Origin: Chloroflexota bacterium
Lineage (GTDB): Bacteria > Chloroflexota > Dehalococcoidia > Lucifugimonadales > UBA3495
Assembly (NCBI GenBank): GCA_028873965.1
Contig: JAPPMU010000024.1
Coordinates: 231,154 to 295,153 of the forward strand
DNA length: 64,000 nt
Reading direction: 5' to 3'
Position numbers and translations under genes: made by a program. Position 1 is the first letter of the stretch, and each line of letters begins with the position of its first letter. Positions 28,288 through 37,596 of the stretch are shown piece after piece. The notes below the pieces were generated by a model. It did no database searches, had not been told where the DNA came from, and saw nothing but the letters and a program-made list of their open reading frames with translations.

Positions 28288-29801
28288 GCTCCGCGCTCCA
28301 GGAGGACGGGACCTCCTTGGAGTCGCAGGCGCTAGCGTGCATCAAATTGGCGGAATCCTTGGGGTACCAGGTCGGACCCGACGATGTTTTGCCGGAGGCG
28401 AAGACCGCAGTGAACTTGCACCGCCCGCAACTTGATGCGCTGCGCCGCATGGCGGCGGCCGGGGAGTTTGGCGCGTTGTTCGTGTACAGCTCCGACCGGT
28501 TGTCCCGTGACCCAGTGGAAATGTTGGTTCTCGTGCGCGAGTTCACCGCGTGCGGTGTGGACGTGCATTTCGTGCAGGATCCGTCGGATGATTCGCCGTA
28601 CGGCGAACTGGTGAAGTTCGTGCTCGGGTTTTCCGCCAGCCAAGAGCACGCCGAGATCCGGGAGCGCACGATGCGCGGCAGGAGAGCAGTTGCCCTTGCC
28701 GGCCGGGTGCCGGTGGGGAGCTCCGATGGCACCTACGGTTACGACTACCTGAAGGCAACGAAACAGCGGGTTGTGAACGAAGCGGAAGCTGCGGTAGTGA
28801 AACGGATCTTCCGGCTCTACGTTGACGGCTGGAGTATGTACCGGATTTCCAAGCAGCTCAACGAGGAAGGCATCCCGACAAAAACGGGCGTACGTTGGCA
28901 AGGGGCTTCGATCCGCGACGTTTTGTCGAACACTTCCTACATAGGCATTGACTACTACGGCAAGACCATGCAGGCGGTGGGCTCGGATGGCAAAAAAAGG
29001 AGCGTTCCGGCTCCTCGGGAGAATTGGATTGAGATCACCGGCTATACCGAGCCTCTGGTCACCAAGGAGTTGTGGAGGAAGGCACAAGAACGCTTGGCGG
29101 CTGCTCAGGAGCGGTACGGCGACAGAAACAAGCGTCGACAACTGCTGACAGGAATCGCGGTGTGTGGTCGTTGTGGCGGTTGGGTTAGTTCAAATGGAGG
29201 CGAAGGGAGGCATCGGTATTATCGGTGTAACAGTCGGCACTCGAAGTATGTTCGGGGGGACGAGGAGAAAGACTGCAGGGCGCCGGGAATCCGCATCGAC
29301 TGGTTGGATGATCAGGTATGCTCATGCGTAAAGGCGATGGTGAGGAATCCAAGTGGAGTCATCGCGGACTTGGAGTTGAACTTCCGGACCGGCGGCGGGG
29401 AAATCGGGAAGGAGATCGAGCGCCTGCGTGGCGAAGTTAGCAAAACGGAGCGGGAAGAAGTCCGTCTGGTGGGTCTTTACCGTCGCGGCACCATCCGTGT
29501 GGAATTGCTTGATGCCGAGATGGAGATGTTGACCGCCAAGTTAGCGGACCTGCGGCAGCGGTTGTTGGCGTTGGAAGAACAACGCACCAACGAAGAAAAC
29601 GTGGTTGCTGCGGCTGAGCGCATCCGCGATTATTGTGAGAACGTATCCGCAGGTTTGGAGGAACTGGGCGTTGATGGGAAGCGGGCGTTGATGTTTCGCC
29701 TGGGGATCAAGGTCTCGGCAGTGCAGAGGGACGTGATGGTCACGGCAGAGCTTGACTCGGGATTTGTGGTAAATGAGGCTACTACTTGTGGTTGCCGATG
29801 A
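28245..29801 (+). CDS. large serine recombinase (integrase)
   Basis: Has the catalytic RVSS..Q motif, LFVYSSDRLSRD, a recombinase domain (VVKRIFRLYVDGWSMYRISKQLNEEGIPT), a zinc ribbon CGRCGG...RYYRC, and a C-terminal coiled coil. AAAGGAGG lies before ATG 28245. Confidence 0.9.
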   Translation: MSTTKNKAKVCPRVSSALQEDGTSLESQALACIKLAESLGYQVGPDDVLPEAKTAVNLHRPQLDALRRMAAAGEFGALFVYSSDRLSRDPVEMLVLVREFTACGVDVHFVQDPSDDSPYGELVKFVLGFSASQEHAEIRERTMRGRRAVALAGRVPVGSSDGTYGYDYLKATKQRVVNEAEAAVVKRIFRLYVDGWSMYRISKQLNEEGIPTKTGVRWQGASIRDVLSNTSYIGIDYYGKTMQAVGSDGKKRSVPAPRENWIEITGYTEPLVTKELWRKAQERLAAAQERYGDRNKRRQLLTGIAVCGRCGGWVSSNGGEGRHRYYRCNSRHSKYVRGDEEKDCRAPGIRIDWLDDQVCSCVKAMVRNPSGVIADLELNFRTGGGEIGKEIERLRGEVSKTEREEVRLVGLYRRGTIRVELLDAEMEMLTAKLADLRQRLLALEEQRTNEENVVAAAERIRDYCENVSAGLEELGVDGKRALMFRLGIKVSAVQRDVMVTAELDSGFVVNEATTCGCR

Positions 29802-29991
29802 ACAGGTAGACGTTGTCCATGGTGAAGAACCGGCAGGGAACCCCCTCGCCGTTGAGAAGCCTTTCACATATAGCTTGAAACAGTTCGCGCTGGTTGTCCT
29901 TCTGTAGCAGGACGTACTCGTGGGGCCAGGTGTCTCGAAATTGCACAGCTTCCCGCCAAGGCGCGCGTTCTATGAGTTCAGCCAGTGTCAT
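29782..29991 (-). pseudogene. 3'-truncated paralog of the 60776..61195 gene, cut at the recombinase-proximal end of an integrated element
   Basis: MTLAELIERAPWREAVQFRDTWPHEYVLLQKDNQRELFQAICERLLNGEGVPCRFFTMDNVYLFIGNHK aligns with the first 69 residues of the 139-aa protein MKLTELIAAAPWREAVTYRDTWPHEYVLLQKD...VYLFVGDYKYWFMSD. Similarity ends where it overlaps the recombinase 3' end. Confidence 0.7.
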
Positions 29992-30220
29992 TGGTCGACC
30001 TTCTCCGCGGTGATGCTGTTGGCCGCGATATCTTCACGGCTGTGATTATCCCACGTTCGTCAGTTAATTCGACACATGATAGCGGATGCGGAACTGGCGC
30101 GTCGCTTGGAGTGTCGTTCTCCACGCATCATGCCATTTCCGAACCGGCTCCCCATCCAATGCTTACCCAATCCGCTATCGTATAATGCAGCCCAACCGAA
30201 AAACCGGAGCCCAATCAGCC

Positions 30221-31504
30221 ATGGCCACCATCAGACCCTTCCGCGGTTGCCGCTACGATCCCGCTGCCGTGGGCAACCTGTCCTCCGTCATCTGTCCGCC
30301 CTACGACATGATCGGCCCGCAGCTGAAGACCGAGCTTCAGCAGCGCAGCCCTTACAACGCGGTCCATCTCGAGGGCGGCGAACAGCCCGACCCGGTGGAC
30401 CCCCAGGCCGGCTACCAACAGGCCGCGGGACTGTTCCAGCGCTGGCTCGCCGACGGCGTGCTGCGCCGCGACGATGCCACCTCGTTTTATCTGATGCGGC
30501 ACGCCTACGACTTCGGCGGACGCCGCTATCAGCACCTGGGGCTGTTCGCCGACGTGCTGGTCGAGGACTACGACGCCGGATCGGTGCTGCCCCACGAGTT
30601 CACCCGCGAGCCGTCAGTGCTGGACCGGGTCGCCCTGCTGGACGCCTGCCAGGCGCAGTTCAGCCCGATCATGTCGCTGTATCGCGACGCGGAAGGCGCT
30701 CTCAAGCGTGTGTTCGACGAAATTATCGCCGAACCGCCGGAGGCGTCCGCTGCCACCCCCGCCGGGGGCACCGCCGAGTTCTGGCATATCGGCGACGCGG
30801 CTACCCAGTCGAACATCGTCGATCTCTTTGCCGGACGCCCCGTCTTCCTCGCCGATGGTCACCACCGCTACGAGGCGGCGCTCCGCTATCGACGCGGGCG
30901 ACCCGACGGCCAGCAATCCGACGACGCAGCCGCCAGCAACTACGTGATGATGACCCTGGTCGAGTTCGACGACCCCGGTCTCCTGCTGCTGCCCTACCAC
31001 CGCGTCGCCGGCGGCATGTCGTCCGAGCAGTTGGACGCCGTGCGTTCCAGGATGGGCGAGTATTTCGACGCGCGGCCCCTGAACCCCGACATCACGCCGG
31101 AGGCAGCGGTCGCCGACGTGGCCCGCATCGGCGAGAACGCCCACTGCTTCGCCGTGTTCTGGGCCGACGCTCCGCCGACCATCCACACCCTGCGATCCGA
31201 TATCGACTGGGCGTCCTGGGGCCAGCTGGCGGTCTCCGAGGCGTGGGTTTTGCAGGAGCGGGTGCTGTCGCCCGTCTTGGGGGACGCCCTGGCGCAGCAC
31301 ATCGACTACAGCCCCGACCACGAGGCCATCGTGCAGCAGGTCAACATCGGCGAACAACAGGCGGCCATCCTGCTCAAGCCCTTCCCGCTGGAACCCTTCC
31401 GACAGATCGTCAGCGCCGGCAACCGCCTCCCACCCAAGTCCACCTTCTTCTACCCCAAGCTCCCCACCGGCCTGGTGATCAACCAGCTCTCCGGCAGCAT
31501 CTAG
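30221..31504 (+). CDS. DUF1015 domain protein
   Basis: Contains MATIRPFRGCRYDP...ICPPYDMI...LPHEFT...FLADGHHRYEAAL, the characteristic DUF1015 motifs. Confidence 0.85.
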   Translation: MATIRPFRGCRYDPAAVGNLSSVICPPYDMIGPQLKTELQQRSPYNAVHLEGGEQPDPVDPQAGYQQAAGLFQRWLADGVLRRDDATSFYLMRHAYDFGGRRYQHLGLFADVLVEDYDAGSVLPHEFTREPSVLDRVALLDACQAQFSPIMSLYRDAEGALKRVFDEIIAEPPEASAATPAGGTAEFWHIGDAATQSNIVDLFAGRPVFLADGHHRYEAALRYRRGRPDGQQSDDAAASNYVMMTLVEFDDPGLLLLPYHRVAGGMSSEQLDAVRSRMGEYFDARPLNPDITPEAAVADVARIGENAHCFAVFWADAPPTIHTLRSDIDWASWGQLAVSEAWVLQERVLSPVLGDALAQHIDYSPDHEAIVQQVNIGEQQAAILLKPFPLEPFRQIVSAGNRLPPKSTFFYPKLPTGLVINQLSGSI

Positions 31505-31520
31505 CCCGCGAGGTGACGCC

Positions 31521-32105
31521 ATGACGACCACCGCCCTGCCCGCGCAAACCGCCGCGCCGACCCGTCGCCGCTTCACCGTCGAAGAATACTGCGCCATGGT
31601 CGACGCCGGCATACTGGCAGAGGACGAGCGCATTGAGCTACTGAATGGAGAGATATTGGTAATGCCTCCCATCGGACCACCCCACGAATCCGGCACCGAC
31701 CAGTTGAATGACCAGTTGCTTTACCCGCTGCACGGTCGGGCTTTGGTCAGGGTTCAGGGCTCCATTATGCTTGATGACAGCAGCCTGCCCCAGCCGGATC
31801 TCACGGTCTTGCGTCGTCGAGACAATTATCAGCGCGAACGGGCGACAGCGGCAGACGTACTGCTGGTAATCGAGGTCGCAGACAGTTCTCTACGGCGCGA
31901 CCGTGAGTTGAAACTGCCTCACTATGCCGCCGCCGGCATCCCCGAAGTGTGGATCGCCAACGTGCCCGCCCGCCAGGTGGAAGCCTTTTCCGACCCCGTG
32001 GACGGCGTTTACCAGAGCCGCCGCATCGTCCCCGCCGACGGGCAGATCAGCCCCATCGCCTTCCCTGACGTGGTGCTGACCGTGGGCGACTTCCTGCTTG
32101 AATGA
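31521..32105 (+). CDS. Uma2 (DUF820) family endonuclease, tandem copy 1
   Basis: FTVEEYCAMVDAGILAEDERIELLNGEI...PDLTVL...LVIEVADSS...KLPHYAAAGIPEVWI is the typical Uma2 PD-(D/E)XK pattern. Confidence 0.85.
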   Translation: MTTTALPAQTAAPTRRRFTVEEYCAMVDAGILAEDERIELLNGEILVMPPIGPPHESGTDQLNDQLLYPLHGRALVRVQGSIMLDDSSLPQPDLTVLRRRDNYQRERATAADVLLVIEVADSSLRRDRELKLPHYAAAGIPEVWIANVPARQVEAFSDPVDGVYQSRRIVPADGQISPIAFPDVVLTVGDFLLE

Positions 32106-32114
32106 GGTGACGCC

Positions 32115-32699
32115 ATGACGACCACCGCCTTGCCCGCGCAGACCGCCGCGCCAACCCGGCGTCGCTTCACCGTGGATGAGTTCTACGCCATGGCCGAGGC
32201 TGGCATCCTGGCAGAGGACGAGCGCGTCGAACTACTGAATGGAGAAATATTTGCAATGGCGCCCATGGGAGCGGCTCACGCGGACATCAACGACCTCTTC
32301 GATGATTTTTTCAAGTCTTCATTGCGGGGTCGCGCTCGCGTGCCGGTACAGGGGCCGCTGAGGGTCGATGACACCACCTTACTGTTTCCGGACATCGCGG
32401 TGCTCCGTCTGCGGTCGGACTACCGTCGTCATCTGCCCGAACCGGGGGACGTGCTCCTGCTCATCGAGGTGTCCGACAGTTCGCTGCGGCGCGACCGTGA
32501 GGCCAAATTGCCCCTTTACGCCGCGGCCGACCTCCCCGAGGTCTGGATCGCCAACGTGCCCGCCTGCCAGATGGAAGCCTTCTCCGACCCCGTGGACGGC
32601 GTTTACCAGAGCCGTCGCATCGTCCCTGCCGACGGCCAAATCAGCCCCATCGCCTTCCCCGAGGTCGTGTTGACCGTGGGCGACTTCCTGTTCGAATAA
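32115..32699 (+). CDS. Uma2 (DUF820) family endonuclease, tandem copy 2
   Basis: Same architecture as copy 1. The first 20 and last 50 residues are almost identical to copy 1. Confidence 0.85.
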   Translation: MTTTALPAQTAAPTRRRFTVDEFYAMAEAGILAEDERVELLNGEIFAMAPMGAAHADINDLFDDFFKSSLRGRARVPVQGPLRVDDTTLLFPDIAVLRLRSDYRRHLPEPGDVLLLIEVSDSSLRRDREAKLPLYAAADLPEVWIANVPACQMEAFSDPVDGVYQSRRIVPADGQISPIAFPEVVLTVGDFLFE

Positions 32700-32708
32700 G
32701 GTGACGCC

Positions 32709-33341
32709 ATGACCACAACTGCCCTGCCCGCACAAACCTTCACGCCGACACGGCGCCGCTTCACCGTCGAGGAATACTGTGCCATGGCCGAGGCCGGCAT
32801 CCTGGCAGAGGACGAGCGCGTCGAACTGCTGGACGGAGAGATATTCGTAATGCCCCCCATCGGACCACCCCACGAAGACGGAACCACGCGGTTGAGCAGA
32901 GATTTGATCCTCCGACTCGGCGACCGCGCCTGGGTGCGCGTTCAGAATTCGGTGCGCCTGAACGATTATGGACTGCCCGAGCCGGACATTGCAGTCGTCC
33001 GGTTCCGGGACGACTACCATCGGAACCGGCCCACTCCGGCCGACGTACTGCTGGTGATCGAGGTCGCGGACAGTTCTCTACGGCGCGACCGAGAGCTGAA
33101 GCTCCCTCACTACGCCGCCGCCGGCATCCCCGAATTCTGGATCCCCAACGTGCCCGCCCGCCATGTCGAAGCCTTCTCCGACCCGGTGGATGGCGTCTAT
33201 CAGAGCCGCCGCACCATCCCCGCCGACGGTCAAATCAGCCCCATCGCCTTCCCCGACGTGGTGCTGACGGTGGGGGAGTTCCTGCTCGGTGACCCCGGCA
33301 GCGAGGGCGACGAAACGGGCACGCTCGGAACGGATTCGTAA
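32709..33341 (+). CDS. Uma2 (DUF820) family endonuclease, tandem copy 3
   Basis: Same architecture, with a C-terminal extension GDPGSEGDETGTLGTDS. Confidence 0.85.
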   Translation: MTTTALPAQTFTPTRRRFTVEEYCAMAEAGILAEDERVELLDGEIFVMPPIGPPHEDGTTRLSRDLILRLGDRAWVRVQNSVRLNDYGLPEPDIAVVRFRDDYHRNRPTPADVLLVIEVADSSLRRDRELKLPHYAAAGIPEFWIPNVPARHVEAFSDPVDGVYQSRRTIPADGQISPIAFPDVVLTVGEFLLGDPGSEGDETGTLGTDS

Positions 33342-33474
33342 ATCCTTGCTATAATATTCGCCGCGTGCGCACGAAACGCGCCGTTATCCGCCGTCACCTG
33401 ACGAGCCAATTCGACGACGAACGTCGCCTCGCCTTTCAATCACCACCCTAGCGTGACTCCCAGGAGCTTTCCCG

Positions 33475-34590
33475 ATGACCTTGACCAAGATTGCGCCCCA
33501 GAACCTGCGAACCCCGGGTCCCACCCCCATCCCCGACGACATCGTCGACGAGATGTCCCTGCCCATGATCAACCACCGGGGTCCCGAGTTCAAGGAGCTG
33601 ATCGAGGCCACCACCGCCGGTCTGAAGCAGGTCTTCATGACCAGCAACGACCTCTACATCCTCACCTCCAGCGGCACCGGAGCCCTGGAGGCCGCGGTGG
33701 TCAACACCCTGTCCCCCGGCGACAAGGTCATCGCCGCCACCGCCGGGTCCTTCGGCGACCGTTTCGTCCAGATCGCCGAGGGCTATGGCGCCGACGTGGT
33801 CCGAATGGACTTCGAATGGGGCGACGCCATCGACCCCGAGGCCATCCGCGCCGAGCTCCGGAAGGACCCCGAAATCAAGGCTGTGCTCGTCACCCACAAC
33901 GAGACCTCCACCGGCGTGACCCACGACCTGGAATCCATCGCCCGCGTGGTCAAGGGCGAGTTCGACAAGCTGCTCCTGGTTGACGCCGTGAGCAGCCTCG
34001 GCTGCATCCCACTGCCGGTGGACGGCTGGAACTGCGACCTGGTGGCCACCGGCTCCCAGAAGGGCTTCATGATCCCGCCCGGCCTGGCCTTCATCAGCAT
34101 CAGCGCCCGCGGCTGGGAAGCCTATCAGGACGCTAAAATGCCCCGCTTCTATTTCGACCTGATGGCCGCCGAGCGCTCCCTGTCCCGTGGCCAGACCCCG
34201 TGGACGCCCAACGTCGCGCTGCTCTATGGCTTGCGGCTGGGGCTCGACCACATCATCGGCGAGGGCTTGGAGAACGTTTACGAGCGTCACGCCGAAGTTG
34301 CCGCGCATACCCGCGCCGGCGTCAAGGCCCTGGGCTTGGAGCTCCTCGCCAACGACGAATCCCGCGCCTCCAACACCGTCACCGGCATCAAGATGCCCGA
34401 GGACATCGACGGCGGCCGGTTCATGTCCATGATGCGCGAGGACGAGGGCGTCGTCCTGGCCGGAGGGCAGGGCAAGCTCACCGGTCACTGCTTCCGCATC
34501 GGCCACCTGGGATGGGTGACCAAGGATGACATCACCGAGGTGCTGGAAGCCCTGGAGCGCGTGCTTCCCAAGGTCGGCTTCAAGAGCTAG
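33475..34590 (+). CDS. class V aminotransferase (serine-pyruvate / alanine-glyoxylate aminotransferase-like)
   Basis: Contains LRTPGPTPIPDDIV...HRGPEFKELI...TSSGTGALEAAV...THNETSTGV...DAVSSLG...ATGSQKGFM, which includes the PLP lysine. Confidence 0.88.
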   Translation: MTLTKIAPQNLRTPGPTPIPDDIVDEMSLPMINHRGPEFKELIEATTAGLKQVFMTSNDLYILTSSGTGALEAAVVNTLSPGDKVIAATAGSFGDRFVQIAEGYGADVVRMDFEWGDAIDPEAIRAELRKDPEIKAVLVTHNETSTGVTHDLESIARVVKGEFDKLLLVDAVSSLGCIPLPVDGWNCDLVATGSQKGFMIPPGLAFISISARGWEAYQDAKMPRFYFDLMAAERSLSRGQTPWTPNVALLYGLRLGLDHIIGEGLENVYERHAEVAAHTRAGVKALGLELLANDESRASNTVTGIKMPEDIDGGRFMSMMREDEGVVLAGGQGKLTGHCFRIGHLGWVTKDDITEVLEALERVLPKVGFKS

Positions 34591-34610
34591 ATCGAGCGTG
34601 AAATTCAACG

Positions 34611-35111
34611 GTGGCGAATGAACATTCGCCCCCACGATTATCCGGTGTTATGTCTTCCGTTTCCCAACTCCAACAGGCCATGGCGGCCCTGCGCCTTTCC
34701 CTGGCGGAAATCCGCCACAAGGAAGAGCAGCTGGACGCCAGCATCTCCCAGTTCCGTACCCAGCTGCGCCGGCTGCCCCGGCAAACCATCTACGGTCGCG
34801 CCCCGTTGGACATGGCTCTTTCAGCAATGGGAGAGGTCGAAGAGCGGCTGCGGGACGCCGAGGAAAACCATCGGCGCCTGCTCACCATCAAGAAGGCCGC
34901 GCTGGACGAACTGGCCGCTCTGGAATCCGTCCAGCAGGTCGACAAGGCGCGCAAGGAGCTGTCCCAGCTGAAACAGCAGGCTGCCCGCACGGATCCGTCT
35001 CCGGATACGGCAGCGGAGATCCGTCGCTTGGAACAGTTCATCGCCGATCACAGCAAGCGCGCCGAGCAGGCGATCACCGCCAGCTTCGAGGAGCGGCGCG
35101 GCCAGCGCTAG
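34611..35111 (+). CDS. hypothetical coiled-coil protein
   Basis: Heptad-like, charged sequence. The start is uncertain; ATG near 34650 (MSSVSQLQQ) is possible. Confidence 0.45.
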   Translation: MANEHSPPRLSGVMSSVSQLQQAMAALRLSLAEIRHKEEQLDASISQFRTQLRRLPRQTIYGRAPLDMALSAMGEVEERLRDAEENHRRLLTIKKAALDELAALESVQQVDKARKELSQLKQQAARTDPSPDTAAEIRRLEQFIADHSKRAEQAITASFEERRGQR

Positions 35112-35191
35112 CATCGGTCGCACGGCCGAAGCACCGACCCGAATAACCACGTTGGCGGCAACGCCAGAAAGGATCGCAGGAGCATCTCAGC

Positions 35192-36295
35192 ATGAAAGCA
35201 TCCTATCTCGGCGCCATGGGATACGCTCACCGGCGGGACTTCCCGCCGACCTGGCCCACCCCTCCGTCATACAGCGACCCGGCAACCTCGGTGCAGAGCT
35301 ACCAGGATGGCATTGAGGAGTGCGAGTTCGCCGAGGAAATGGGCTTCGAGTGGGTCAGCTTCTCCGAGCACCACTACTCGGGCCGCATCGCCACCGGCAC
35401 ACCCGCGGTTATGGCCGCCGCGGTTGCGGAGCGGTGCAAGTCGGTGAAAATCGCCATGCTCGGCCCGCTGCTGCCCCTCAACAACCCCATCCGCGCCGCG
35501 GAAGAGCTCACCCTGCTGGACAACATCACCAACGGCCGCCTGGTCATGGGTTTTCTTCGCGGCACTCCCAACGAAGACCAGGTGTACGGCGTGCACCCTT
35601 CGGAAGGCCGGGGACGCCTGCTGGAAGGCATGGACTTGATTCTGAAGGCCATGACCGAACCCGAACCCTTCTCCTGGGAGGGCCGCTACTACCAATATCG
35701 CACCGTGGCCGTGTGGCCGCGCCCGGTGCAGCAACCCTTCCCGTCCGCGCTGGTGGCCACTCGCAGCGATGATGCGGTGCGGTACGCCGCGGAGCACGGG
35801 TTGGGACTCGGCGTATCCTTCGTGCCCTGGGAACAGGTCGCGGGCATCACCGAGAAATATCGGCACTGGTGCGACGACGCCGGCTGGCAGCCGGAACCGG
35901 ACCAACTGGTGTTTCGCGGCAGCATCTACCTGGCCGAAACCGACCGCCAGGCCCAGGACTGGTTCAACGCGCAGACCGACCAGGGCCGCGCGCCCGGCAT
36001 GGCTCTGCGCTCCTCGGTGTCCCAGGTGATCCAGGCTTCCCGCTCCGGCCAGGACGTTGACTACCGCAACGTGTTTGCCGGCAGCGCCAGCGGCGACATC
36101 GTGGGCGGCGCTCCCGGGCTGACCTTTGTCGGCGGGCCCGACACCGTTTTCGAGCAGATCAAGGCTTACCACGACCGGTGCGGTACCGGTGTCATCGACC
36201 TCTTCTTCCAGCAACCCAGCCTGACCCACCGCGACGTCATGGCCGAAATCGACCTGTTCGGGCGCGAGGTCCTGCCTCGCCTCAAGGAGTTGTAA
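35192..36295 (+). CDS. LLM-class flavin-dependent oxidoreductase
   Basis: Contains AEEMGFEWVSFSEHHYS...NPIRAAEELTLLDNITNGRLVMGF, luciferase-like monooxygenase motifs. Confidence 0.85.
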   Translation: MKASYLGAMGYAHRRDFPPTWPTPPSYSDPATSVQSYQDGIEECEFAEEMGFEWVSFSEHHYSGRIATGTPAVMAAAVAERCKSVKIAMLGPLLPLNNPIRAAEELTLLDNITNGRLVMGFLRGTPNEDQVYGVHPSEGRGRLLEGMDLILKAMTEPEPFSWEGRYYQYRTVAVWPRPVQQPFPSALVATRSDDAVRYAAEHGLGLGVSFVPWEQVAGITEKYRHWCDDAGWQPEPDQLVFRGSIYLAETDRQAQDWFNAQTDQGRAPGMALRSSVSQVIQASRSGQDVDYRNVFAGSASGDIVGGAPGLTFVGGPDTVFEQIKAYHDRCGTGVIDLFFQQPSLTHRDVMAEIDLFGREVLPRLKEL

Positions 36296-36297
36296 CG

Positions 36298-36867
36298 GTG
36301 GCCTCTGATCAGGTGCGTGAGACCGTAGTCATCGTCGACGAACCCGGACGTTCTGCCGCCCTTCGGGACGGCTTGGCGCAACGGTGGGTGGTGCTGGAAC
36401 CGCACTTGGACGACTTGGGATCCGGGGCGGAAGACCAGGTGGCCGCCGCGGTTGCCCCGTTGACCTCCGAATACTACGGACTTATCGGCGTTTCGTCCGC
36501 CGCCTCGGTAGCCATCCGCCACGCTCTGAATTCGCCCGAAAGCATAGCGGCACTGGTCTTGGTGTCGCCCCTGGCGGTACGGTCCTCCGAAGCGCCGGTC
36601 GGCGCCGCCCACGATCTGGAGTCACAACTCGCTCAAATCCAGTGTCCGACGCTCGCCGTCTTCGGACAGGCGGATGACACGATCGACCCGGTGGCCCCCA
36701 GCATTTACCGGAGCCGCATCCCCAACTGCAACGTGGCTTTCGTTTACGACGCCGGCCACGACATCGCCGCCGCCCGTCCGCAGGCCCTGCTGAACCTCGT
36801 CGCGGATTATCTAGAAAGGCGCGAGACGTTCATCGTGCAGAACCGCGCCGGCGCGATCAACCCCTGA
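36298..36867 (+). CDS. alpha/beta hydrolase-fold protein
   Basis: GTG 36298 lies just after the upstream stop. Contains a GVSSA nucleophile-elbow-like motif, CPTLAVFGQADD and AGHDI. Confidence 0.6.
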   Translation: MASDQVRETVVIVDEPGRSAALRDGLAQRWVVLEPHLDDLGSGAEDQVAAAVAPLTSEYYGLIGVSSAASVAIRHALNSPESIAALVLVSPLAVRSSEAPVGAAHDLESQLAQIQCPTLAVFGQADDTIDPVAPSIYRSRIPNCNVAFVYDAGHDIAAARPQALLNLVADYLERRETFIVQNRAGAINP

Positions 36868-36880
36868 TCTTGACTCACAC

Positions 36881-37052
36881 GTACCCATTTTGTCATCGCG
36901 AGGAGCGCAGCGACCAGGGCCTTTTCAAAGTTAATCCGTCATTCCGGCGAAAGCCGGAATCCAGAACATTCCGAACGCAACGTCCTCCTGGATTTCCGCT
37001 TCCGCGGGAATGACGGTTCGGGTGAAAGGCCGCCATTCGATACCTTGAAAAG
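36881..37052. repeat. composite MITE-like palindromic repeat (GTCATCGCGAGGAGCGCAGCGAC unit plus GTCATTCCGGCGAAAGCCGGAATCCAG hairpin units)
   Basis: Positions 36881-36914 are 33/34 identical to 42901-42934. The inner element is bounded by CCTTTTCAAAG and CCTTGAAAAG, like the element at 60231-60383. Confidence 0.7.
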
Positions 37053-37065
37053 TCCCGGTTGATCG

Positions 37066-37596
37066 CTATTCTCCCCGTGCGCTCGTCTGCTGTCCTTCCT
37101 GCAACTCGTCGATCTGTTCCCGCGTGCGTCCGTAGATCTGCGGCACGTCCCAACCCTGCATCCCGGCGTAGGTGTCGATCTGCGAGCGGTGGTGCACCTC
37201 GTGTTCCACCAGCATCATCAGGATGCGCCAGCCGGAGAGCATCCCGTCGGTGTCGATCATCTTGATCCGTCGCGTCAGCCAGTCCGCGGGCGTACCCTCG
37301 ATGCGGCTGCGAAACTCGGCCGCCGAGGTCTCCAGCGCCGGAACCCAATCATCGATTGACGCCGTGCTCGGCACTTCCCAGTCGTATAGCCACCCCTCGT
37401 TGCGGTAGGCCCGCGCGAAGTACATCCGCGACTCGCAGATGTGATGCACGATCTGTCGGATGCTCCACGCGTTCTCACCCTCGCCCGCCGACGGTGCCCA
37501 CGACTCGGCCGGAGCCGGCAGGGCCTGGATGTCCCGCACGGTGCGGCGATGTATGCCGTCGAAATAACGGAGGAATGCCTGTGGGTCGTTCAGCAT
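37066..37596 (-). CDS. DinB family protein
   Basis: Contains WSIRQIVHHICESR and LVEHEVHHRSQI, the DinB/YfiT-like metal-binding histidines. Confidence 0.85.
   Translation of the reverse strand: MLNDPQAFLRYFDGIHRRTVRDIQALPAPAESWAPSAGEGENAWSIRQIVHHICESRMYFARAYRNEGWLYDWEVPSTASIDDWVPALETSAAEFRSRIEGTPADWLTRRIKMIDTDGMLSGWRILMMLVEHEVHHRSQIDTYAGMQGWDVPQIYGRTREQIDELQEGQQTSARGE

Noticed and set aside
30076-31524. 482-aa Arg/Pro-rich ORF in an alternative frame over the DUF1015 gene. Similar long shadow ORFs lie at 8740..9807(-), 33448..34635(-), 37356..38642(+), 40847..41836(+), 49731..51464(+) and 52055..54301(+).
   Set aside because: These are typical high-GC antisense or off-frame shadow ORFs, with low-complexity R/P/G/A composition. 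Each is fully overlapped by a gene with clear family motifs.
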